From NCBI GenBank assembly GCA_029561175.1, contig JAKQJL010000014.1, positions 1-43,684 on the forward strand: a stretch of 43,684 bases of DNA. Reading direction: 5' to 3'. The notes beneath the pieces were generated by a model. It saw only the letters and a list, made by a program, of their open reading frames with translations. It made no database searches and was not told the DNA's origin. Shown here piece by piece: positions 1 to 8,307 of this stretch. The translations under genes and the position numbers were made by a program. This stretch comes from a bacterium (GTDB lineage Bacteria > Patescibacteriota > Microgenomatia > UBA12405). Position 1 is the first letter of the stretch. Each line of letters opens with the position of its first letter.

Positions 1-14
1 AGTAATTTGTGAGG

Positions 15-20
15 TAGAAT
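15..20 (+). promoter_or_regulatory. putative -10 box (TAGAAT) upstream of a short leader ORF
   Basis: TAGAAT at 15-20, 14 nt before ATG at 35. Confidence 0.4.
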
Positions 21-34
21 ACACTTAGCTGATT

Positions 35-94
35 ATGCAAAGAGTAAATTTAAATATCAACTTTCCGCATGGCAGCTATGGCGTTTTAAATTAG
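35..94 (+). CDS. putative 19-aa leader peptide MQRVNLNINFPHGSYGVLN
   Basis: ATG 35-37 to TAG 92-94. An in-frame stop at 26-28 shows it is not the tail of a longer ORF. The stop abuts a terminator hairpin. Confidence 0.3.
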   Translation: MQRVNLNINFPHGSYGVLN

Positions 95-118
95 TCCCGT
101 GCAAGCGGGATTTTTTTT
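95..118 (+). terminator. intrinsic terminator
   Basis: TCCCGT-GCAA-GCGGGA stem (one G-U pair, GNRA loop) followed by 8 T. Confidence 0.75.
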
Positions 119-146
119 GGCCAAAAATTAAAAATTAAATATAAAA

Positions 147-362
147 ATGAATGTATTTGAAGAAATGGCAGAAAATATAGCTTTAGCTCAAGGGCGAAAT
201 GTTAATGGAACTATTCTTATGGAAGATGAAATACAATCATCTTTCTCTGGAATAGGAGGTGATTTAAGAAAAGGACTGGATGGAAAAACTATAGAAATTG
301 TAAGAAGAACTGATCATACTGGAAAAGCAGAATTACTTTTAAGAAGAGGGGTTAATCAATAA
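147..362 (+). CDS. hypothetical protein (71 aa)
   Basis: ATG-started ORF with purine-rich coding-like composition; 24-nt convergent overlap with the dnaE 3' end; no recognisable motif. Confidence 0.55.
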   Translation: MNVFEEMAENIALAQGRNVNGTILMEDEIQSSFSGIGGDLRKGLDGKTIEIVRRTDHTGKAELLLRRGVNQ

Positions 363-3300
363 ATTAACCTCTTCTTTTAGTTTTTCGTCGTAGCGGACAC
401 CGTAGGGAACGGGAATTTTTTTACCGTTGGGTAAAATAATTAATCCTAAATGACCGTTGGGGTTATTTTTTAATAATGAGTTTAGTTTTAACAATTGAGC
501 TTGAGAGGTGCCTTTGGGGACGGTGATGACATAATCGAAACGACTTACCCCTGGAGGAAGGCTGGATAAAAGTTGATCGATTAAAATTGATTTTTGACCA
601 TCTCTGGTATTGATTTTACCTTCAATATATACTGGCTTATTATCGGTAATTTCGTTTTCTACTTCAGCAAAACTTTTAGGGAAAATGACAGCTTCAGTAG
701 TGCTAGTATCATCGGCCAAAGTAATAAAAGCCATTTTTGAGTTATCTTTTTTAGTGCGAATTACTTTAAACTTCTCGATAACAGCTACAAATTTAACCGG
801 AGAGTTGTCGGATTTTAAAAGAACGTCAGAAATTTTAGGAAGATTGGCATCGGCAAAAGGTGAAAGCATTTTAGTAATCGGATTCTCAGTCACAAAAATT
901 CCCAACAAAGCTTTCTCGTTGGCTAATTTTTCTTTTTCATCCATTGGAGCGACGGAAATAAAATTATCTTGAGGAATAAATTTATCTTCATGCTGATCAA
1001 ACAAACCAGATTGACCGGAGTTGTTTTTTGCTTGAATTTTGTCGGTAGTAGAACGAATTTGTTCAATGCTAGCAATAATTGCATTTCTTTCACCAAAATC
1101 ATCGAAAGCACCAACTTTAATTAAACTTTCCAGTACTCGTTTATTAATTTTACGAGAGTCAACTCGAAGACAAAAATCGGTGAAGTTTTTAAAAGGTCCA
1201 TTTAAATTTCTTTCGGCAATAATATTGTCGATGGCGGCATCACCGACATTTTTAATGGCTCCCATGCCAACAATGATTGACATTTTTTCCAATGAGTTTT
1301 CATTGGGGCGCATATCAAAACCTTTATTGGATTGATTAATATTGGGTGGGTCAATAATAATGCCCATCTTGCGGCATTCTGAAATACCATCTGAGACTTT
1401 ATCAATATCGTCGGATTCGGCAGTTAACAAAGCACACATATATTCGACCGGATAATTGGCTTTCATGTAGGCGGTGCGGTAGGCCAACATTCCATAAGAA
1501 GCGGCGTGAGCTTTGTTGAAACCGTAGGAGGTGAACGGTTCAATGTAGCCCATAATTTCGGCGGCTTTTTCTGGAGTGTAACCGTTAGCCAAACAACCGG
1601 CAATAAATTTCTCTTTTTGAATGGCCATTTCTTCGGGAATTTTTTTACCAATGGCTTTTCTAAACTTATCAACTTCCACCCAGTTGTAACCAGCTAATTC
1701 AATGGCGGTATATAAACAATCATCTTGGTAAACCAAAAGACCATAAGATTTTTTCAAGTATTTTTCCATTTTAGGATCGAAGTAAGTGATTTTTGATGGA
1801 TCGTTTTTTCGGGCAATGTATTCGGGAATCATGGCCATAGGTCCAGGACGATAAAGTGCCACCATAGCCATAATATCGTCTACTCGCGAAGGTTGAAGCT
1901 CTTTTAGCCATTTGGTCATCCCCTCACCTGAAAGTTGAAATACACCCATGGTGTCGCCACGAGACAACATTTCAAAAGTTTTTTTGTCATCAAGAGGAAT
2001 TTTTCTTAAGTTGATGTCGATATTTTGGGTTTTCTTAACGTTTAGAACTGATTCTCCTAAAAATGATAAATTGCGAATTCCAAGTAAATCGAACTTGATT
2101 AAACCAACATCTTCAACGGCATGCATTTCATATTGAGTAATCATTTTGTCGCCACCAGTTTCGATTTGGGTAGGAGAAAAATCGTTGATTGTTGATGGAG
2201 AAATGACGATAGCACAGGCATGAACAGAAATGTGACGAGCGCAGCCTTCAATCATTTTAGCGGTGTCGACAATTTTTTTAGTATCAGCATCGGTATCGTA
2301 GAGTGCTTTAAGATCTGGAGTAGTGTCGAGGGCTTTATTGATCGACATAGGAAAACCCTGAGAGCCCATGGGAATCATTTTGCTGATTTTGTCGGCAATG
2401 GCGTATTCGTAGCCTAAAACTCGAGCAGTGTCGCGAACAGCTCCCCTGGCCATCATCCGTCCAAAGGTACATACTTGAGCAAAAGATTCTTTACCGTATT
2501 GATCGGCAATATGATAAAGCATTTCTTGGCGTTTGGTGTCGGAAATGTCTAAATCGATATCTGGAGGTGAAGGTCGGTCTTTGTTTAAGAACCGCTCAAA
2601 AGGTAACTGATAGATTAATGGATCAACCGAAACGATTCCCAAAACAAATGAAACTAAAGATCCGCCAGCTGAACCTCTGGTGTTGGTGGGAGTGTGATTT
2701 TCTTCGCACCAGGCAATAAAATCACGCATGATTAAAAAGTAAGCAGCATAACCTTTGGAGCAAATAACATCAAGTTCGTAATCTAATCTTTCTTTAACTT
2801 CAGGAGAAATGGTGCCGTAGTGTTCAAGAGCCGAATCATAAACTAGCTTGGTTAGTTGTGATTCAGAAGTCATGCCTTCGGGTAATTTAAACTGAGGGAA
2901 ATACCACTTACCAATTTCAATTTCTAGTTGGCATTGTTGAGCAATTTTGACAGTATTGCTAATTGCTTCTGGTAAATCACTAAACTGCTCGATCATTTCT
3001 TGGGGGCTTTTGACGTAAAAATCGGGAGTTTCCGACATGGTCATTCGGTTGGGAGAATTAAGAGTGGTTTGAGTGTTGATCATTACTAAAACATCTTGGC
3101 CAAAAGCGTCTTCTTTTTTAATGTAATGAGCATCGTTGGCGGCAACTAAAGGAATTCCTAATTCACGGCTAATTTTGATAATTCCTTCGTTGGCAATGTC
3201 GCATTCTTTAATGCCAGGATGACGTTGTAGTTCTAAATAATAGTCTTGTTGGAATAAATCGAGAAACTTTTGAGCCGAGGCTTTAGCTTTATCGTATTCT

Positions 3301-3746
3301 TTGGTTAAAATTTGAGATCCAATTTCTCCCTGTAAACAGGCGCTAGTACAAATTAGACCAGCATGATATTTTTCCAAAGTTTCCCAGTCGACTCGTGGTT
3401 TGTAATAAAAACCATCGATGTGACCGATAGAAACTATTTTCATTAAGTTTTGATAACCCTGATGATCTTTGGCAAGTAAAATTAAATGATTAGCTTTTCG
3501 ATTGGTAGAACTTTTTTCAAAACGACTTCCGGGACAGGTGTATATTTCACAGCCAATAATGGGTTTAACTTCATTTTTTTGGCAGGTTTTATAAAATTCG
3601 ATGGCACCATACATGTTGCCGTGATCGGTAATGGCAACTGTGTCCATGCCCAACTCTTTAATATAGGGAACTAGTTTTTTGATTTTAGTTAGTCCGTCGA
3701 GAAGTGAGTATTCGGTATGAAGGTGTAAATGAACAAAATCGGACAT
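339..3746 (-). CDS. dnaE: DNA polymerase III alpha subunit
   Basis: PHP domain (HLHLHTEYSLLDG, TDHG, NDAH), RGSAGGSLV, catalytic PDIDLD and KFDLLG, FNKAHA, C-terminal OB fold; 1135 aa. Confidence 0.98.
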   Translation of the reverse strand: MSDFVHLHLHTEYSLLDGLTKIKKLVPYIKELGMDTVAITDHGNMYGAIEFYKTCQKNEVKPIIGCEIYTCPGSRFEKSSTNRKANHLILLAKDHQGYQNLMKIVSIGHIDGFYYKPRVDWETLEKYHAGLICTSACLQGEIGSQILTKEYDKAKASAQKFLDLFQQDYYLELQRHPGIKECDIANEGIIKISRELGIPLVAANDAHYIKKEDAFGQDVLVMINTQTTLNSPNRMTMSETPDFYVKSPQEMIEQFSDLPEAISNTVKIAQQCQLEIEIGKWYFPQFKLPEGMTSESQLTKLVYDSALEHYGTISPEVKERLDYELDVICSKGYAAYFLIMRDFIAWCEENHTPTNTRGSAGGSLVSFVLGIVSVDPLIYQLPFERFLNKDRPSPPDIDLDISDTKRQEMLYHIADQYGKESFAQVCTFGRMMARGAVRDTARVLGYEYAIADKISKMIPMGSQGFPMSINKALDTTPDLKALYDTDADTKKIVDTAKMIEGCARHISVHACAIVISPSTINDFSPTQIETGGDKMITQYEMHAVEDVGLIKFDLLGIRNLSFLGESVLNVKKTQNIDINLRKIPLDDKKTFEMLSRGDTMGVFQLSGEGMTKWLKELQPSRVDDIMAMVALYRPGPMAMIPEYIARKNDPSKITYFDPKMEKYLKKSYGLLVYQDDCLYTAIELAGYNWVEVDKFRKAIGKKIPEEMAIQKEKFIAGCLANGYTPEKAAEIMGYIEPFTSYGFNKAHAASYGMLAYRTAYMKANYPVEYMCALLTAESDDIDKVSDGISECRKMGIIIDPPNINQSNKGFDMRPNENSLEKMSIIVGMGAIKNVGDAAIDNIIAERNLNGPFKNFTDFCLRVDSRKINKRVLESLIKVGAFDDFGERNAIIASIEQIRSTTDKIQAKNNSGQSGLFDQHEDKFIPQDNFISVAPMDEKEKLANEKALLGIFVTENPITKMLSPFADANLPKISDVLLKSDNSPVKFVAVIEKFKVIRTKKDNSKMAFITLADDTSTTEAVIFPKSFAEVENEITDNKPVYIEGKINTRDGQKSILIDQLLSSLPPGVSRFDYVITVPKGTSQAQLLKLNSLLKNNPNGHLGLIILPNGKKIPVPYGVRYDEKLKEEVNLLINPSS

Positions 3747-3763
3747 GAGTAATTATCAGTTAT

Positions 3764-4639
3764 TTAGATCATGCCTTCAAGGGCTTTGATTCGGTCTTCA
3801 ACTGGAGGGTGAGTGGAAAATAAATTAGCAATTTTGTTTTTGGTAAATGGATTGGTGATATATAGCGAAGCGGTAGCAGTTGAAGCGGTTTCAAAAATGT
3901 TGGGATCGGAAGATATTTTTTTAAGAGCACTAATTAGTCCACTTGGTTGTCGAGTAAGTAGAGCAGATTGGGCGTCGGCAAAAAATTCTCGTTGGCGGGA
4001 TATGGCTAGTTGAATTAATTGACCAATTAATGGGGCAAAGATAATTAAAATTATTCCAATTAAAGTTAAAATTGAGCTAGATGATTCTTTATTATTTTTG
4101 CGATTAAAGGTGGAATGATGGGCTAAATCAATGAGGATTGATAGGGTACCGATTAATAGAGAAACAGTGGTCATTAATAAAATATCGTAATTCTTAATAT
4201 GAGAAAGTTCATGAGCAATTACTCCTTCCAACTCAGTTCGGTCAAGTTTTGCTAGAAGTCCAGTGGTGGCACAAACTACTGCATTTTGTGGGTTTCTACC
4301 GGTGGCGAAAGCATTCATAGCTGGGGTATCGATTACATAAATTTTTGGAGTAGGAATTTGAGCGGCTAAACATAAATTTTCAGTAACAGTATAAAAATCA
4401 AAATAATCTTTTCTGGTAGCAACTTTGGCTTGATTAAGCGCTAAAACTATTTTGTCACCATAGTAGTAACTAAGAAAAGATGAACCAAAAGAAAACAGTA
4501 AAGCCAAAGGAAAAAGTTCTGCTAAATCATAACTATAAGCAATGATATAAGCCGCAAAAGAGATAAACCCAATAAACAAACTGATAATCAGAAAAGAGCG
4601 GATTTTATTCCGGCTGACTTGCTGGTAAACGTTGATCAT
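3764..4639 (-). CDS. htpX: M48 zinc metalloprotease HtpX
   Basis: NAFATG, HELSH (HExxH), SRQREFFAD, FSTHPP, TM helices; directly downstream of lemA. Confidence 0.95.
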   Translation of the reverse strand: MINVYQQVSRNKIRSFLIISLFIGFISFAAYIIAYSYDLAELFPLALLFSFGSSFLSYYYGDKIVLALNQAKVATRKDYFDFYTVTENLCLAAQIPTPKIYVIDTPAMNAFATGRNPQNAVVCATTGLLAKLDRTELEGVIAHELSHIKNYDILLMTTVSLLIGTLSILIDLAHHSTFNRKNNKESSSSILTLIGIILIIFAPLIGQLIQLAISRQREFFADAQSALLTRQPSGLISALKKISSDPNIFETASTATASLYITNPFTKNKIANLFSTHPPVEDRIKALEGMI

Positions 4640-4643
4640 AAAA

Positions 4644-5225
4644 TCAATCGAGTTTTACTTTTGGAGTAGCTGTTTCTTCTGAAGAAACAGATAAAAATTC
4701 GTTGGATACTGGAGTGCTAAAACCGGTTTTTGGTTTAAAACCGAATAACTGAGCTAACCAAACACCAGGAATAGTACTAATCTTAATGTTAAAATCAGCG
4801 GAAAGATCGATTAATGTTCGTCGGGCATACATAATTTTGTCGGAGGTATCTCGAAGCTCATTCATCATATTGGTAACTAAACCAGCAGCTTGGATTTCAG
4901 GATTTGACTCAGCAATAACCTTGATAGACCCCATGGTTTTACTGATTAACGATTCGGCGGCGTCAATGGCTTTAGGATCTTGGGAGGCAATAGCTTTGTC
5001 AATTAATTTTCGAGCATCAGCTAAAGCTTCAAAAATCCCCTTCTCATGTTTCATGTAGCCTTTAACGGATTCAATTAAGTTAGGAATTAATTCAGCTTGT
5101 CGTTTTAATTGGTTACCGATTTCTTGAATCGAGGCCCCAATTTGAACTTCGGAGGTTTTTAAACCATTGTAAAAAGAAACTAAGTAAAGACCGATAACAG
5201 CAATAATTCCTAGAATGATAAGCAT
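4644..5225 (-). CDS. lemA: LemA family protein
   Basis: N-terminal TM, LKRQAELIPNLIESVKGYMKHE; canonical lemA-htpX pair. Confidence 0.93.
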   Translation of the reverse strand: MLIILGIIAVIGLYLVSFYNGLKTSEVQIGASIQEIGNQLKRQAELIPNLIESVKGYMKHEKGIFEALADARKLIDKAIASQDPKAIDAAESLISKTMGSIKVIAESNPEIQAAGLVTNMMNELRDTSDKIMYARRTLIDLSADFNIKISTIPGVWLAQLFGFKPKTGFSTPVSNEFLSVSSEETATPKVKLD

Positions 5226-5256
5226 ATTAAAAAAATTAATAACTATTTATTGATTA

Positions 5257-5265
5257 AGTATAGCA
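5257..5265 (-). promoter_or_regulatory. extended -10 promoter for lemA-htpX
   Basis: TGCTATACT on the minus strand about 30 nt upstream of the lemA ATG; a divergent TATACT at 5273-5278 (+) precedes tRNA-Asp. Confidence 0.55.
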
Positions 5266-5296
5266 TCTTTAGTATACTTTCGAAGTCAGATCGCAA

Positions 5297-5370
5297 GGGT
5301 CCATGGTGCAGCGGTCTAGCACATCCGCCTGTCACGCGGAAGATCGTGGGTTCGAATCCCATTGGACCCG
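5297..5370 (+). tRNA. tRNA-Asp(GTC)
   Basis: acceptor GGGTCCA/TGGACCC, anticodon arm TCCGC-CTGTCAC-GCGGA, T arm GTGGG-TTCGAAT-CCCAT; CCA not encoded. Confidence 0.97.
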
Positions 5371-5374
5371 CTTT

Positions 5375-5412
5375 ACCCGCCATAGTTCCGATCTATCGGA
5401 ACGAAGGTGGGT
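5375..5412. repeat. REP-like GC-rich palindrome downstream of tRNA-Asp
   Basis: outer stem ACCCGCC/GGTGGGT, internal loop ATA/GAA, inner stem GTTCCGAT/ATCGGAAC; ACCCGCCAT recurs at 5478-5486. Confidence 0.6.
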
Positions 5413-5502
5413 TGTTTGAAAACTTTTTCCCTATATCGAAGCCTCGTTGCCTGAATGGTGGCGTGTAAATCGGGTAAACCCGCCATGATGTAAAATTTAT
5501 TT

Positions 5503-5748
5503 GTGTATTATTATGTGTACTTTTTAGTTAATTCTAAAAACAAACACTATATAGGCTGTACTAATAACCTAAAAGAAAGGATTAGAAGACATAATTTGAA
5601 ACAAGTTAGTGCGACAAAAAATGATGTTCCTTGGAAACTTAAGTCCTGTTTTATTTTTGATGAAGAACACAAAGCATTTGAGTTTGAACAGTATTTAAAA
5701 ACAGGTGCTGGAAGAGGTTTTATGAAAAGACATAAAATCTGGGAATAA
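5503..5748 (+). CDS. stand-alone GIY-YIG nuclease (UPF0213/YhbQ-like, 81 aa)
   Basis: YVYFL...HYIGCTNNLKERIRRHN, AFEFEQYLKTGAGR; GTG start 6 nt after TAAAAT. Confidence 0.88.
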   Translation: MYYYVYFLVNSKNKHYIGCTNNLKERIRRHNLKQVSATKNDVPWKLKSCFIFDEEHKAFEFEQYLKTGAGRGFMKRHKIWE

Positions 5749-5788
5749 AGTTTTTCTAAACACTGCCATGTCGTTGGCGATAACTCCG

Positions 5789-6400
5789 CTAGTCTAAGAT
5801 TCCATCAAGATTTGTATCGTAGATGATGGCTTCGGAAACGAGACGGTAATTCAAAACTTCTTCTGGAGTAAACCAAATAGCAATTTCTTTGTTGGCTTCT
5901 TCAACAGATCCGGAAGCATGAATGATATTTCTAACAGCTCGATGATCGGTATCAGCGGCACGATATGAATCGATAGTGTAGTCTCCTCGAATGGTACCAG
6001 GAACTGAAGTTAAAGGTTCAGTACCACCAGTAATTTTTCGGATAACTCCAATAGCATTCATCCCCTGCCAGACCATAGCCACTACTGGTCCACTACTTAA
6101 AAAAGTGACTAATTGTTGGCGGACACCTTCAGCTAATTCAATGGGGTCTTCGGTGGGAGGTGTTAAGCCTTTAGCTTTCCAGGCTTCGATTGATTTGGTT
6201 CCGGTTTTGAAAGCCCATTCAGGGTCGACAGAATAATGAGTGAGTGCTTTATCTTTGGAAGGTATGGCCATTTTGATAGCTACTAATTTTAGACCACTTT
6301 GTTCGTAACGGCGAATAGCTTCGCCGATGAGGCCTCGTTGAACTCCATCTGGTTTAACTAATACTAGGGTTTTTTCTTGTTTGTCGTCGTAATTTTGCAT
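5789..6400 (-). CDS. ndk: nucleoside diphosphate kinase
   Basis: TLVLVKPDGVQRGLIGE, PGTIRGD, RNIIHASGS (catalytic His); long form with insertion. Confidence 0.96.
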   Translation of the reverse strand: MQNYDDKQEKTLVLVKPDGVQRGLIGEAIRRYEQSGLKLVAIKMAIPSKDKALTHYSVDPEWAFKTGTKSIEAWKAKGLTPPTEDPIELAEGVRQQLVTFLSSGPVVAMVWQGMNAIGVIRKITGGTEPLTSVPGTIRGDYTIDSYRAADTDHRAVRNIIHASGSVEEANKEIAIWFTPEEVLNYRLVSEAIIYDTNLDGILD

Positions 6401-6474
6401 AGTTGACTATTTTATGTTGAGAAGTGGATTATTTTCAAGTATCAATAAAAAGATATCTAACGATATAATAAGTA

Positions 6475-6777
6475 ATGGATAAGATCTTTAAAGCACTGTC
6501 TGATATTAATAGAAGACGGATTATTACCATGTTGGTAAAAAATGGTCCAATGAATGTTACTCAGATTGTAGAAAATTTACCGATAGGTCAATCAACAACT
6601 TCAACCCACTTAAATATGTTAAAAAAAGCTGGCTTAGTAGAATTTTTGGTTAATAATCGGGAAAGAATTTATAAAATAAACAAACAAACGATAAAAAGTT
6701 TTGTTCAAGTGATAAATGAATTTTTTGGATCTTTGGAATCTAAAGACAATGTTGAAATAATAGTACGGAGAAAGTAA
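6475..6777 (+). CDS. ArsR/SmtB family winged-helix regulator
   Basis: FKALSDINRRRII...QSTTSTHLNMLKKAGLV; no Cys. Confidence 0.9.
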   Translation: MDKIFKALSDINRRRIITMLVKNGPMNVTQIVENLPIGQSTTSTHLNMLKKAGLVEFLVNNRERIYKINKQTIKSFVQVINEFFGSLESKDNVEIIVRRK

Positions 6778-6823
6778 GGTAGAAGTGTTTGACTATGGGA
6801 CAAAACTAGTTTATTTTTTGAGT

Positions 6824-7366
6824 ATGAAGAAAAAAGCCAAACAACAAATTTTTAATTCAACCGAAGAAGTGATTAGTATGATTTTGGGGTTGGGAGTGGT
6901 AATTGTAATTATTGCTTTGATTATTAATTTTTTTGTTAGAAGAAAGGGAGAAATAAGCATTCCTGGAATTAGTGATCAAAAAGAACTGACCATTACAAAG
7001 AATTCAGATGTGGTTAAAAGCGAAAGTGAGTATTTTTATGAAGTTAAAGCTGGCGATAGTTTGTGGAGTATTGCCCAAACAATTTATGGTGATGGGTTTA
7101 AGTATCAAGAAATAGCCGATAATAATTTGATTAAAAACCCAAGTGCAATTGAGCCGGGAATGAAATTAAAAATAAATAAAGTAGAAACCAAAGAGATGAT
7201 TGGTGGTGAATACACAATTGCTCGAGGAGATAGTTTATGGAAAATTGCTTTGAAAAGTTATGGTGACGGTTATCAGTGGGTGTTGATTTGGGAAAACAAT
7301 AAACAAAATATTAAAAATCCAAATAAACTGGAAGTTGGAACAAAAATTGTAATTCCAAAAAAATAG
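6824..7366 (+). CDS. membrane-anchored protein with two LysM domains
   Basis: TM helix, then YEVKAGDSLWSIA and YTIARGDSLWKIA repeats; ATG 6824 preferred over the GTG at 6785. Confidence 0.9.
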   Translation: MKKKAKQQIFNSTEEVISMILGLGVVIVIIALIINFFVRRKGEISIPGISDQKELTITKNSDVVKSESEYFYEVKAGDSLWSIAQTIYGDGFKYQEIADNNLIKNPSAIEPGMKLKINKVETKEMIGGEYTIARGDSLWKIALKSYGDGYQWVLIWENNKQNIKNPNKLEVGTKIVIPKK

Positions 7367-7380
7367 CAAAGATGTTTTTG

Positions 7381-7389
7381 TGCTAGAAT
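7381..7389 (+). promoter_or_regulatory. extended -10 promoter for the tRNA-Gly/tRNA-Thr pair
   Basis: TGCTAGAAT 11 nt upstream of tRNA-Gly. Confidence 0.55.
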
Positions 7390-7400
7390 TGAATGTATTT

Positions 7401-7471
7401 GCAGCTATGGTTTAGTGGTAAAACGAGTCCTTCCCAAGGATTAGTCGAGGGTCCGATTCCCTCTAGCTGCT
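7401..7471 (+). tRNA. tRNA-Gly(CCC)
   Basis: acceptor GCAGCTA/TAGCTGC, anticodon arm AGTCC-TTCCCAA-GGATT, T arm GAGGG-TCCGATT-CCCTC, discriminator T. Confidence 0.93.
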
Positions 7472-7478
7472 CTTTGAT

Positions 7479-7551
7479 GCCAGTGTAGCTCAGTTGGTAG
7501 AGCAACGCTTTCGTAAAGCGTGGGTCGGGAGTCCGATTCTCCCCTCTGGCT
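7479..7551 (+). tRNA. tRNA-Thr(CGT)
   Basis: acceptor GCCAGTG/CTCTGGC (one T-T mismatch), D arm GCTC/GAGC, anticodon arm ACGCT-TTCGTAA-AGCGT, T arm GGGAG-TCCGATT-CTCCC. Confidence 0.93.
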
Positions 7552-7587
7552 CAGATAGTTTATAATTACTGATACAATACATATCAT

Positions 7588-8307
7588 ATGGCTGAATTTA
7601 AAAGATCTAGATTAATAAATAAAGATGACGAGAATGTGACAAAAAAGACGGTAGTTTTGGGAGTATTAACGTTATTGATATTTTTATTTATCGCAATTTT
7701 TGGTTTACCAATTTTAATTAAATTTTCAATTTTATTGGGTGATTTAAGGAATAAAAATTCAAAAGAGATTAAAGAGAAAGTTCTACCTCCCATGCCACCA
7801 AGAATAGTACTTCCGCTAGAAGCGACTAATAGTAGTCGGTTGAGTGTTGGCGGTTTCGGAGAAAAAGGGACAATGATTGAATTATTGAAAAATGATTTAT
7901 CGGTGGGAAAAATGGAAGTAAGTGAAACTGGAGATTTTAGTTTTAACGATATTATGTTGGATATGGGAGAAAATACTTTTACTGCGATCGCCTTGTCTGC
8001 TGATCGAGGAAGTAGTGAGCCTTCAAAACAAGTAACAATTGCTTATGATAATGAAGCTCCAAGCTTGGAAATGTCTAATCCAAAAGAAGATAAACTGACT
8101 GTAGAATCTGCTGATTACGATATTATTGGAAAAAGCGAAAAGGGTGTTAGTGTAACCATGAATGGCAGATTGGCCATTGTGGCTGATGATGGAACTTTCA
8201 AATTAAAATTTCAACTTAATGCTGGTAAGAATGAAATTGAGATTGTAATCAAAGACAAAGCTGGAAATGAAACTAAGAAAAAAATCGAAATTACTTACGA
8301 TATTTAG
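7588..8307 (+). CDS. single-pass membrane protein with two bacterial Ig-like domains
   Basis: TM helix, Pro-rich linker, two beta-sandwich repeats (GDFSF..LDMGENTFTA; DGTFK..LNAGKNEIEI..DKAGN). Confidence 0.8.
   Translation: MAEFKRSRLINKDDENVTKKTVVLGVLTLLIFLFIAIFGLPILIKFSILLGDLRNKNSKEIKEKVLPPMPPRIVLPLEATNSSRLSVGGFGEKGTMIELLKNDLSVGKMEVSETGDFSFNDIMLDMGENTFTAIALSADRGSSEPSKQVTIAYDNEAPSLEMSNPKEDKLTVESADYDIIGKSEKGVSVTMNGRLAIVADDGTFKLKFQLNAGKNEIEIVIKDKAGNETKKKIEITYDI

Noticed and set aside
610-3674. Multiple short ORFs within dnaE (and similar ones inside lemA, ndk, ftsZ, ftsA, mraY, glyS and others)
   Set aside because: They are antisense or off-frame shadows of well-supported genes, with no motifs
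339-3746. Possible intein or split in dnaE
   Set aside because: The length is normal, the motifs are contiguous, and no intein C/HN termini were seen
5250-5468. 72-aa ORF in the track
   Set aside because: It spans tRNA-Asp and the palindrome, has a non-ATG start and shows no protein features
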